Virus record (IMG/VR): IMGVR_UViG_3300046508_000016
Location: 1-60,638 of that record
DNA: 60,638 nt
Reading direction: 5' to 3' (one strand)
DNA from: a virus
Taxonomy: Duplodnaviria; Caudoviricetes
The position numbers and the translations under genes are program-made. Each line of letters begins with the position of its first letter. The first letter of the stretch is position 1. The notes under the pieces were generated by a model, which was not told the origin of the DNA, made no database searches, and saw nothing but the letters and a program-made list of their open reading frames with translations. Of this stretch, positions 8,766-17,844 are shown piece by piece.

Positions 8766-9305
8766 CTACTCCTTGTCCCAGCGGGCGAAGATCGCACCCG
8801 TGGTTCCCTTGCCGGGAGGATGAAAGAATGGATAGGTCAGAATCAACTGGAAGCCAAGTTCCTGAAAATCGTCCGGGTGCCAGGTGCTTAGGTGTTTCTG
8901 ATAGTCGTTGCCATCTACCGCGTCTTGCGGATTGTGGCCATCGGGAGTCATAACCAGGATGCGCTGGAAGTCGTCTTGACAGCCACGAAGAACAGAGTGG
9001 CCATCGTCGTACTCGACGTGTTCGATGGTGTCGATAAACATGGCGCACGGAAACTCTGCCGGGTTGACAAAAGCCGGATAGTCCAAAAAGTTCCCTAACA
9101 GCTTTTGCACGTCCGGTTCCGTGGCTGCGTCCAATGCGGGTTGATGAATCTCGATCCCACAGCGCCGCTGCCAGCAGTCACGACTGACGAATCCCAGCTT
9201 ATTGAACGTGCCAGCGCCCATGTCCACCACGCCGGTTACGCCATCAGTGTGGTGGCGAATCCAAGCGATTAGAAAGTTGACGCCGATTTCAGATGAAATT
9301 AGCAT
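8766..9305 (-). CDS. Class I SAM-dependent methyltransferase
   Basis: VVDMGAG, GIEI, DTIEHV, TP motifs. Confidence 0.8.
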   Translation of the reverse strand: MLISSEIGVNFLIAWIRHHTDGVTGVVDMGAGTFNKLGFVSRDCWQRRCGIEIHQPALDAATEPDVQKLLGNFLDYPAFVNPAEFPCAMFIDTIEHVEYDDGHSVLRGCQDDFQRILVMTPDGHNPQDAVDGNDYQKHLSTWHPDDFQELGFQLILTYPFFHPPGKGTTGAIFARWDKE

Positions 9306-10365
9306 GGTCGCAGATTACTTGAGGTATGGTCTTCGATGAAATACAGTCGGCAATGGCGGCATTCGACGCCGCGCGAATACACCGAGGGCACTGGCGGGCG
9401 TCAAACTCCAATAATTGTTGTCCCATCCCAGGCGACTGCCACAGTTCCAAAAAGCGTTTGTCTCGAATGGAACCAATTAGGCCAATATGGTTGTAGGCCA
9501 CCACGCAACAACGATACACGTTTTGGTCGGCACCGATCAGCGTGGCAAGGCTTTGATGCCAACACTTGGGATGGGCCGGACTTCCTTCGAGCAACTGCGC
9601 AATGCGGTCGCTGACGAGATCGTAGATCTTGAACGTTTCCGTCTCGAATGACTTTGCCTCCTGTAACAACTCCGATAACTGGTGTCTAATGGCTACCGTA
9701 TAGCCGCCGCCTTCGTTGCTGAACATCGCGCCGATACGAATGTTATCCGCCCCGTCCTCATGCGCATTCCGCGTGGCCTGTGCAACCTCTTTCCAATTCT
9801 GCGGAGTAACCACAAACCCGACTCCAACCGTAGGTGCTGCCGATTGTCGCTTGTCCGCCAACGTTTTGATGTGCTTGCGAACGGACTCAAAGACCTCCAT
9901 TGAAACGTTGCGAGTGGTTGCGTAGGTGTGTCGTGTACCGGCGTCGATCGAGACTCGCACCCACTGGGAGTTGAGTATCGCTTCCTGCGTGTGGTGCCTG
10001 AGAATCACGCCGTTGGTGACAACTCCTAAGTCCATGCCACGCTCGACAATCGACTCCATTAGTTCGGCATGTTGCGGATGCATGGTCGGCTCTCCGCCGC
10101 CGGTAACTTCAATCGCCCGCACGCCCATTGCCGCACAGTCGGCTACAATCTCTTCCAGCTTGTTAAACGGGATTTCGTCGGTGGCAAAGAACGTTTCGTT
10201 TGAGGAGTATCCCGATTGGCGATAGGCGCACCACTGACACGCAGAATTGCAGCGGTTGGTCGGCAACAATTGAACATGCACCGGCGCGGGATGTTTGCCT
10301 TCAATCAAGGTGGTGATTCGGTCCCGATGGCAAAGAGCCTTCTGTTGGTTGTAGATGTCTTTCAT
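9289..10365 (-). CDS. Radical SAM / SPASM domain protein
   Basis: CNSACQWC, TGGGEPT, VRVSIDAG, C-terminal CWH...YRCC...CPRC. Confidence 0.92.
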   Translation of the reverse strand: MKDIYNQQKALCHRDRITTLIEGKHPAPVHVQLLPTNRCNSACQWCAYRQSGYSSNETFFATDEIPFNKLEEIVADCAAMGVRAIEVTGGGEPTMHPQHAELMESIVERGMDLGVVTNGVILRHHTQEAILNSQWVRVSIDAGTRHTYATTRNVSMEVFESVRKHIKTLADKRQSAAPTVGVGFVVTPQNWKEVAQATRNAHEDGADNIRIGAMFSNEGGGYTVAIRHQLSELLQEAKSFETETFKIYDLVSDRIAQLLEGSPAHPKCWHQSLATLIGADQNVYRCCVVAYNHIGLIGSIRDKRFLELWQSPGMGQQLLEFDARQCPRCIRAASNAAIADCISSKTIPQVICDHANFI

Positions 10366-11174
10366 GCCGCGATTGGTAAGAGTTTATCCATGCCCTTCCA
10401 CGACTCTTTGTAGCGTCGGGCATTGTCGGTGTTGAGTTTGGCGTTGAACCAGTCGGGTCCGCCAAGCGTGTTCTGAATATGAAACATCGCGTGTTCGCCA
10501 TCGGTAACAATCTCAGCGCGGTAGGCGATGGGGTTGCGCATCCACAACTCGCGGTTCATCCACAAGTCTTCCCAGCCACGGCCGATGTAGTGTTCGTCGA
10601 ATCGGGTGTCACCTAAAACGTCTCGACGAATGGAGAACTGACTGTTGCCGAAGATTGGCGTACCACACGGCACGATATTCTCAGGCCGTCCGTAGCCTTC
10701 GTGGGCAAGAGGATAAATGTCGATTAGGCGGCTCTTGTCGTCCAGCCGTTGCTTGTCGTAATCTATAAACGGATACGGCGAGTCACACCATTCGCTAGGA
10801 AGACGGCGTACCCGATAGCAGAGTTTCGTTAGCGTTGGCTCGTCTACAAGCCGCTGAACGTTTTCCATCCATCGCGGACTAACGATGGCGTCGGCGTCCA
10901 GAAAGGAAAGCACGTCTGCATCGCGGGTTACGGCGATACCTAGATTTTGCAGCGTCGGTTTGCAGAAGATCGGCATGTAGCGGTGGTCGATCACAATGGA
11001 TGCGTGGGCGCTGGTGCAAAAAGGCACTACGTCGCCGTTGTTGACAATCAGTGCGTGCCAATCGTTGATGCCGCACTCCTCCGCACTTTGCTGAAGTGAC
11101 GAAAGGCATAGCTCTAAGTTGCGTAGTCTGTCGCCATTCGCACGAAACGGTATGATAATGGCGTGACGCATCAT
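10362..11174 (-). CDS. Galactosyltransferase-like (GT7/GT2) glycosyltransferase
   Basis: IIIPFR, F.K...N.G, FLDAD, FDEHYIGRGWED. Confidence 0.85.
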   Translation of the reverse strand: MMRHAIIIPFRANGDRLRNLELCLSSLQQSAEECGINDWHALIVNNGDVVPFCTSAHASIVIDHRYMPIFCKPTLQNLGIAVTRDADVLSFLDADAIVSPRWMENVQRLVDEPTLTKLCYRVRRLPSEWCDSPYPFIDYDKQRLDDKSRLIDIYPLAHEGYGRPENIVPCGTPIFGNSQFSIRRDVLGDTRFDEHYIGRGWEDLWMNRELWMRNPIAYRAEIVTDGEHAMFHIQNTLGGPDWFNAKLNTDNARRYKESWKGMDKLLPIAA

Positions 11175-11359
11175 GCCTCCTCATCGTCGGGAGTCTCGCA
11201 CGCATCCTCAGTCTCTTCGTCGTAACGCTCAATCCATTCGCGGGGCAGTGGTCCGAGACTGGCGAGAGACTCCTTGTTGGCGATCCACCGCATGATAGTT
11301 GCGGTTAAGCGAAAGGGCTTCAACTCATTGCGGAGTTGGCGAATGTCTTCGTTTCGCAC
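11171..11359 (-). CDS. Small hypothetical protein
   Basis: GTG start next to upstream stop; acidic tail; overlaps next start. Confidence 0.45.
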   Translation of the reverse strand: MRNEDIRQLRNELKPFRLTATIMRWIANKESLASLGPLPREWIERYDEETEDACETPDDEEA

Positions 11360-11360
11360 G

Positions 11361-11531
11361 TTACGCCGCCTTTCGCCGTTCGTTGACGAGGCGGATGAGT
11401 TCGGCATATTCGTCGCCGCCGTCGATGAGTCGTTCCGAGATGAGTTGGCGGACATGCTCGATCCGCTTACGACTGGCCAGCGGGCTAGGATTTCTAGCCT
11501 TGGCCTCCGGTACAATCTGAACGCGATACAT
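11361..11531 (-). CDS. Small hypothetical protein
   Basis: AAGGA SD, MYRVQIVPE... Confidence 0.5.
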   Translation of the reverse strand: MYRVQIVPEAKARNPSPLASRKRIEHVRQLISERLIDGGDEYAELIRLVNERRKAA

Positions 11532-11571
11532 CACAGAATCCTTGTGTGGAAAGGAAGGGTGAAGGGAAGTC

Positions 11572-11844
11572 TTAGTACAACGCCAAGATGTTCGACGCAC
11601 TCGTGCCGTTTGCAGTGGAGTAAATCTTGCTGATCTCCATGCCGTGTTTTCCGACGGGAAGATTTGCAAAGACGACTCCCGCTTCACCCATACGCATGTC
11701 AACCTTGAGGTTGCCGGCGGTTCCAACGTACACGCCACGGCAACCCGCGGCCAACGCCGTATCGTTGGTGAGTGTTATCGTCGTAGCCTTGCTTGGAGGA
11801 TCGAGCATCGACGGCTTCGTATTAGTGTGGTTAAAATCTGCCAT
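11572..11844 (-). CDS. Head spike base protein (RcGTA Rcc01079-like)
   Basis: P..ATTITLTND..L..CRGVYVGTAGNLKV...F...G...I.KIYST..T.A.NILALY pattern. Confidence 0.8.
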   Translation of the reverse strand: MADFNHTNTKPSMLDPPSKATTITLTNDTALAAGCRGVYVGTAGNLKVDMRMGEAGVVFANLPVGKHGMEISKIYSTANGTSASNILALY

Positions 11845-11866
11845 TATTGTCTCCTTGTGGTTTCCG

Positions 11867-13081
11867 TTAATCTAGCCCGAGTCCTATCCCACCGCCACCA
11901 CCCGCCGCCTGCCCTGCCGCGTAGCCTGTGTCATACGCCAACGCTTTGGCAATGATCCCCAAAATCAACTCGTAACCCACGCGGGACGGATGTGTTCTGT
12001 CGGACGACACGAGCGACGTTTCCGATACTATTGCGTCGTTATACTCTTCCATCGAAATGAACTGCACGCCGTTGTTTGTACACCACGTTTCCTGATCGGC
12101 GTTCCACGTGTCAATCTCGGTATTGTTCGCCACGTCGTTTGAGTCCGGCGGGAATCGAGTGATTCCAACGCGAATCAGTTTGCAGCCCACGGGAATCAGA
12201 GCCAGTAGAGCATCCATACTCGCCTCGAATGCCGAGTAGGTTGTATAGCCAATATTGTTTATCCCGACGTTCGTCAGAATCAGACACTCAGAATCAATGT
12301 AGGGTGCTAGACTGGCGGCAAAATTGGCAACCAGGTCCGCGGCTCTCCAGCCCGGATAGCCGAGACAGCCAGAACCAACCAGCCCGAGCGAATCAGCAAG
12401 GCGTGCGGCTAGATTCAGATTTACGTTTCGGTAGCCGGTTCCGTAGAAATCCGCGTGAAGTGCCGAGTTCCAAAAAACCCCATCAGCGGTTGGGGCGTAA
12501 CCGCAGCCAATCGAATCACCATAAGTCACTAGCTTCAGTGCCGAGCCGCGTGCTCGAAAGTCCACCCGAGAGCCGCCGTTGACGTGCTGCCAATCGCCGT
12601 CGGAGGTTTTATCGGTCACTAGTGAATACGCAGTATACGCACCTGAATCAGTCGGCGTTCCTTCCATTACGATACTTCGATGATTCGCGTCAGTGACCCA
12701 GTGCAAACTGATTGCATCGCCGGCTCGAATAGCGAGAGGTGTGCTTAGCGTCAGCCATGCACTGCCCGCATCGCCCGTGCCGGTCGAGGCTGTGAATACG
12801 CTTGGTAAGCCAACTGCCGAGCCGATCCCACGCTGGAAATTGGGGGCAAGGGCCACCTGGTCCGAGTCACGCCATACTCGAACATACGCGGTCGCTAGAT
12901 CATCGCCAGCAGCGTCGGCGATGGTGTGGACCTTAACCTGAGTCAATATCCCATCAAAGCGCGACCGTCGCAATGGATGTCGATCGCACACAGCGATAAT
13001 GCCGCTCGTTTGCTCGGCTACGGTGGCGAGGTTCACAACGCCGGTTAGGGCAGACCGCACATTATAGGCTACATTTGCCAT
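11867..13081 (-). CDS. SGNH/GDSL hydrolase domain virion-associated protein
   Basis: GDSI block I, GINN block III, DRTHPSRVGY block V; C-terminal GGGGGIGLGLD. Confidence 0.85.
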   Translation of the reverse strand: MANVAYNVRSALTGVVNLATVAEQTSGIIAVCDRHPLRRSRFDGILTQVKVHTIADAAGDDLATAYVRVWRDSDQVALAPNFQRGIGSAVGLPSVFTASTGTGDAGSAWLTLSTPLAIRAGDAISLHWVTDANHRSIVMEGTPTDSGAYTAYSLVTDKTSDGDWQHVNGGSRVDFRARGSALKLVTYGDSIGCGYAPTADGVFWNSALHADFYGTGYRNVNLNLAARLADSLGLVGSGCLGYPGWRAADLVANFAASLAPYIDSECLILTNVGINNIGYTTYSAFEASMDALLALIPVGCKLIRVGITRFPPDSNDVANNTEIDTWNADQETWCTNNGVQFISMEEYNDAIVSETSLVSSDRTHPSRVGYELILGIIAKALAYDTGYAAGQAAGGGGGIGLGLD

Positions 13082-13105
13082 CTATCACTCCTTCGCCCGT
13101 GGGCG

Positions 13106-16100
13106 TTATCGTCCAATCAATGCCGGAAGTTTGTAGTCCGTCGTCTGCGTTGCCGGAATCGTGAATACCTTGCTAGTCGTTGGCGTAGTTGTCGAGCCAA
13201 CCCACACCCGATACGTATTGCCAGGCGTGCGACCGGTGAACGAGACTAGGCCATTCGCATCGCTGGTGGCTTGCACGATTGCCCCATTGAAAATCGCTCC
13301 TGATGTTGCCGAGGCCGTGACCTGCAACGATACAACCAAGCCAGCAGTCGGCACGCCAGCGGGCTCGTAGTAACCGTAGGCAGTTACAAATCCCGTGGTA
13401 CTTGCCGGGATCGTGACGGCCGACATCGAGAACGCTGTCGTCGTGCCGCCCGATGGCACAATAAACGCCGATGGCGTGAATTGATAGCCTGGATTCGTGA
13501 TTGCCACGGACCAGGTAAGGGCGTCAAGAGAAAACGAAACCGTGCCACTAGCCGAGGTTGTACCAACATAGGTTTGCCCTCCGTTTGTGAATCGGACTGT
13601 CGCCCCTTGTAGAGTTGCCGTGCCGCTGGACACTGTAACGACAACAGGGTTCGCGCCCGTGCCGGCACTGACTGCCACGTCACTCTTCGCAGCAATCACC
13701 GTGGCGGGCAAGAGGGCGCTGTTTGCCAATAGCGGATTCTGCGGGATGCCAACCAGCCAGTTATGCTCCTCTGTAGTAAGGGCTCCGCTACCGCTACCCC
13801 ATGAGCCTGTACCATGCACCGAACTCAAGGCAGAATTGATGGACGCTTCTGTGAGCGTGCCAGAGCCCCACGTCCCCGTGCCGTGAGCGGATGCGAGGAA
13901 CGAGCCGATAGTTGCCTCGGTCATTGTTCCGGTTGCCGGAGCCGAGTACCACGTTCCGCTGCCGGCTGCGGTCAGACTCGCCTGTTCGCCGGCAGAGAGA
14001 TAATTGGCCGGCAGGTTGTTTGCTGCGAACGCCGTCGGCAACGCTAATCCGCCCCAACCAGTCGCAGACGATAAGGTGCCGGTAACAACGGACCCACTGG
14101 CCGAAATTACCAGCGATGCGAAGTTCGCTGGGAATGATGGAAATACGGGCGTCGCTCCCCCATTCCATTGAACCACGTTAGCCGAAACTGTACCAGATAC
14201 AGTGCTTCCCCATGATCCTGTTCCGTGAATACTGCTGAGAAGCGAATTGATTGTCGCTTCTGTTACTGTGCCAGCGCCTCCGCTTCCTCCCCACGATCCC
14301 GTGCCGTGAACGGACGACAGCAGCGTACTTACGCTCCCGGCAATGTCTCCGGTGGTGAGCATATTACTGGCTGCAAACGCTGTCGGAACCGTACCGCCTG
14401 ACCACTGGACTAGATTCGCGGGTGCCGTGCCGCCTACCTGAAACGGTGAACCAACGGAGGTCTTTATCGCCGAGAATCCATAGGTTCCGCTGTTGGCCAG
14501 CGTATAGGTGTCGCCAGTCTGCGGTGAATGTGCCCCTGCTGACAGCGTGCCGACAACACGACTGAGAAGCGTCGTAACGCCTGACGTGTCTCCTCCGGCG
14601 TAAGTTGAATAATCGCCAGTTCGACGTGCATAGTCTGACGCCATCGTGCCGGGAAGAGTTACGGCCCCCGATAACGTGCCTGACGTGATCGAGAATCCAG
14701 TTTTATCTGAGACAGCAAACGCCGTGGGAAGTGTCGAACCTCCCCATTGAACGATGTTCGCCGAGGCCGTGCCGCTCACTGCAAACGAAGTCGGCAATGA
14801 TGAACCATTCCAGCCGGTAGCCGAAAGAGAGAAGCCGGTTTTATCGCTGACGGTCATTGTGCCCGAGAAGCCGGTCTTGTCCGATACGGCAAACGATGTC
14901 GGTAGCCCACTTCCGCCCCACTGGACCACGTTCGCGCTTGCGGTGCCGGTGACGCCAAAGGCGGTTGGCAACGCAGCACCGCCCCATTGAACAGCGTTGG
15001 CGGTCATCGTCCCAGCACAACCAACAAGCGTTGTGAGGCTGCTGGACGCGAATGAAGTCGGTAAAGCACCACCGCCCCACTGGACGAGATTAGCGGACAC
15101 GGTTCCTGCAACAGACCCGACAGAGCCCGTGACGTTTCCTGCCACGTTCCCACCTATCCCGCCCGTCACGCTGCCGCCCACGTTGCCGGTCACGCTTGCC
15201 ACTGCCCCGCCGGCATAGGTCGAATAGTCTCCCGTTCTGCGAGCGTAGTCTGATGACATGCCGGTGACAGTCGAAACCGTCCCGCCCGTGACCGTGATCG
15301 TTCCTGGTAGAACCACGGCGTTAGTCACATTGCTAACCGTTCCGCCACTTGGCACAACCGTCGGCCCACTGCCCGCGAGCCCCTGAGTCGCCGAGACAAC
15401 TTGCAGGTCAACAACAACGTCGATGGCCCCACTGCTCGACAACTTCACCTTGGAGCCACCAACAGCCGCCTCGCAGATGTTCGGCAGGGAAAATTGGTAT
15501 AGCCCACTCGCTGCCGGTGTCTCTACCCAGCTTCCGCTTGAGTACGTTCCCGCCGTTCCGGCAACGCATGTCGCCGACCCAGCGCCAGACGCCGAGCCAT
15601 CGACCTGATATAGGTAGGTGACGGACCCGTAGGCAACGCTGGGCTTCAACTGCCCCGTGGTCGAGTCCCGCAGTGCCACTGTGACATTGTGATTATTCGT
15701 CGCACCAGCCGAGACAACTCGGGTAACGGCCAATGCCGGCCCGACCATTATTGCGACCAGCGTGAGTACCAGTAGGATCGTCAGCAGCTTGCGGCCTCTG
15801 GTGAATACGAGACGCGAACAAAGCAACACGATTGCCAGAAACATGAGTGAGCCCTCCTCAACTACAATTACGTTTCCACCGCCGCCGCTTGCCGTGCCCG
15901 TTCGCGTGCTGCCCGTGACCCCATATGTCGCCGTCGAAGCGACGAGACTATCCGTAAGCGTGCCCGCTGCTCCCGTCGCCGTTCCTCCCGACGTAGCGTA
16001 AGGCAATGAGAACGTGCCGGTTCCCGTGCCAGCGTAGCCGAAGGCCGTGCCGTAGAGGATCGACGATGCTGCGGGAATAGTCGGGCCAGTGATTATTGCT

Positions 16101-17149
16101 TTATTCGCAGTTGTTCCGCCGACAATAGCCGCGTGTGCCGAGGCACTCTGATTTACGATTGATGCCGTTCCGCCCGCTGCTGTCGTAACGATAGTTGAGT
16201 TGGTAGTGTCTAACATCGACACCACAAACTCGCCAGAATTGGCAAGAGACAGTGAGCCTCCGGCAGTCGCCAGTTGTAATTTGCCTCCTGGCCCGAGGTT
16301 GATATAACAATCTGCTCCTGCGGCGATAGTCCTGCTGCCGGTCCAGATTACGCCGTTGGTGGACGAATATGGAACAACGAGCGCCATCCCGGACATATTG
16401 CCGTTGATTGTCAGCGCTGTACTCCCGGAGCGCCAATACACCGCATAGATTCCGTTGTTTCCAGTCTGGGAAATGTTTCCTGTAATCGAACCCGCAGCAC
16501 CAGAATAAGAGCTATAGTAAACATACCCATTGCTGGTGGCAAGATTTCCGGTAATGTTAACCGCAGCAGTCCCATTATCGTTAAAGACCGTAGTTCCTGA
16601 ACCCGTGTTGTTGCAGTCACCAGTTATGGTTATTGCCCCAGAGCCGGTAGTGGACACACAACGCCCAGAACTCGTATTGGAGCAGACGACAGAACCCGTG
16701 TTGGTGACGTTTACTATTCCGGTGCCGGTCGCCGCGATAGCGTAACCAGCCGCGGTATCCTCTACCGCGTTGCCACTACCTGGCCCAGTGACGGTGAGAG
16801 TCGCACCGCTGCCAACGATAACCATTCCGGCAGTTGACGTTCCGGTATATTTTACCTTGCCTGCGATTGTCAGCGTGCCCGTTAGTGTGATCGTGCCGGT
16901 AGTGGCCTGAACAAGAGCCTGGGTGATCGTTGTGCCGTTCGCCGTTGTCGCCGCCTTTCCGTTGAGGTCAATGGTATCGGTGGTGAGAATAGTTCCGTCG
17001 CCGAGCATGTTCGTGCCCGTGCCGCCGGACGTAGCCGCGAAGTTGTTCGCTGCGAAAATGTCGCCTGCGTTTTTGGCATACCACGTTGCCGCCCACGCCA
17101 TCGATGGAAAAAGTAGCGTCATCAGAACCGCTATTGCAAGTCGTTTCAT
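13106..17149 (-). CDS. Large Gly/Ser/Thr-rich repeat protein (fibre/adhesin-like) with signal peptide
   Basis: 1347 aa; N-terminal Sec signal; beta-helix-like N-domain; repeats ANxVQWGG.LPT.F and LSSxHGTGSWG; C-terminal Ig/CnaB-like domains. Confidence 0.75.
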   Translation of the reverse strand: MKRLAIAVLMTLLFPSMAWAATWYAKNAGDIFAANNFAATSGGTGTNMLGDGTILTTDTIDLNGKAATTANGTTITQALVQATTGTITLTGTLTIAGKVKYTGTSTAGMVIVGSGATLTVTGPGSGNAVEDTAAGYAIAATGTGIVNVTNTGSVVCSNTSSGRCVSTTGSGAITITGDCNNTGSGTTVFNDNGTAAVNITGNLATSNGYVYYSSYSGAAGSITGNISQTGNNGIYAVYWRSGSTALTINGNMSGMALVVPYSSTNGVIWTGSRTIAAGADCYINLGPGGKLQLATAGGSLSLANSGEFVVSMLDTTNSTIVTTAAGGTASIVNQSASAHAAIVGGTTANKAIITGPTIPAASSILYGTAFGYAGTGTGTFSLPYATSGGTATGAAGTLTDSLVASTATYGVTGSTRTGTASGGGGNVIVVEEGSLMFLAIVLLCSRLVFTRGRKLLTILLVLTLVAIMVGPALAVTRVVSAGATNNHNVTVALRDSTTGQLKPSVAYGSVTYLYQVDGSASGAGSATCVAGTAGTYSSGSWVETPAASGLYQFSLPNICEAAVGGSKVKLSSSGAIDVVVDLQVVSATQGLAGSGPTVVPSGGTVSNVTNAVVLPGTITVTGGTVSTVTGMSSDYARRTGDYSTYAGGAVASVTGNVGGSVTGGIGGNVAGNVTGSVGSVAGTVSANLVQWGGGALPTSFASSSLTTLVGCAGTMTANAVQWGGAALPTAFGVTGTASANVVQWGGSGLPTSFAVSDKTGFSGTMTVSDKTGFSLSATGWNGSSLPTSFAVSGTASANIVQWGGSTLPTAFAVSDKTGFSITSGTLSGAVTLPGTMASDYARRTGDYSTYAGGDTSGVTTLLSRVVGTLSAGAHSPQTGDTYTLANSGTYGFSAIKTSVGSPFQVGGTAPANLVQWSGGTVPTAFAASNMLTTGDIAGSVSTLLSSVHGTGSWGGSGGAGTVTEATINSLLSSIHGTGSWGSTVSGTVSANVVQWNGGATPVFPSFPANFASLVISASGSVVTGTLSSATGWGGLALPTAFAANNLPANYLSAGEQASLTAAGSGTWYSAPATGTMTEATIGSFLASAHGTGTWGSGTLTEASINSALSSVHGTGSWGSGSGALTTEEHNWLVGIPQNPLLANSALLPATVIAAKSDVAVSAGTGANPVVVTVSSGTATLQGATVRFTNGGQTYVGTTSASGTVSFSLDALTWSVAITNPGYQFTPSAFIVPSGGTTTAFSMSAVTIPASTTGFVTAYGYYEPAGVPTAGLVVSLQVTASATSGAIFNGAIVQATSDANGLVSFTGRTPGNTYRVWVGSTTTPTTSKVFTIPATQTTDYKLPALIGR

Positions 17150-17158
17150 CGAATCACC

Positions 17159-17842
17159 TCACGCAACCCAAGCCAAGTTTTTTCGTAACTCGCCAATCGC
17201 CTGCTTTTCGATCTGCCTGATTCTCTCTCTGGTGTACCCCAATTCGTCGCCGATTACCCGCAGCAGTTTTCCGTCCATCCTGCCCAGCACCACGCGGCGG
17301 TCACGCTCCGATAGATGCGATAGCGCTTGTCGCACCAGCGCCAACCGATACTCAGTTTCCTCATCATCATCGGCCTTACGCTCATCGTCCGTTCTGTCGG
17401 CCACCGGATATTGTTCATCAATCTGTTTCACGCCTTCACGCACTCGCATCGCCTTGTCGTGGCACTCGCCGCTCGTCTCAGCCCAAACGTGCTGCGGAAG
17501 ATCAATTATGTGTGCGTGCTGTTTGGTGAAAATCAGAAGTTCCTTTCGGATGTGCCACGTCGCCCACGTTACCAACGACAGGTTTCGGCTGGGGTCAAAC
17601 GAATCCACCGCCTCAATCATGCCAACCGCAGCCACCGATGCAAGTTCCAAAAAGTCCACACCACAAAACTCGGAATACCGTCTCGCCAATCGCAAACCCC
17701 ACGGCCAGATACTCAGAATGCACTGTTCGCGTGCCTTCATGTCACCAGTGTCTTTGTATCGTCTCGCAAGCACAATCTGCTCTTCTCTACTGAGTCTCGG
17801 CGACTTCCATACGTCCTTGAGTAGTGCCGCCTGAACGTCCAT
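17159..17842 (-). CDS. Sigma-70 family RNA polymerase sigma factor
   Basis: LSREEQIVLA (region 1.2), GMIEAVDSFDP...TWATWHIR (region 2), IGDELGYTRERIRQIEKQAI (region 4). Confidence 0.93.
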   Translation of the reverse strand: MDVQAALLKDVWKSPRLSREEQIVLARRYKDTGDMKAREQCILSIWPWGLRLARRYSEFCGVDFLELASVAAVGMIEAVDSFDPSRNLSLVTWATWHIRKELLIFTKQHAHIIDLPQHVWAETSGECHDKAMRVREGVKQIDEQYPVADRTDDERKADDDEETEYRLALVRQALSHLSERDRRVVLGRMDGKLLRVIGDELGYTRERIRQIEKQAIGELRKNLAWVA

Positions 17843-17844
17843 GA

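Noticed and set aside
14590-15260. Duplicated SDYARRTGDYSTYAGG segment as a DGR template/variable repeat pair
   Set aside because: Differences are synonymous and not adenine-specific; no reverse transcriptase in the window
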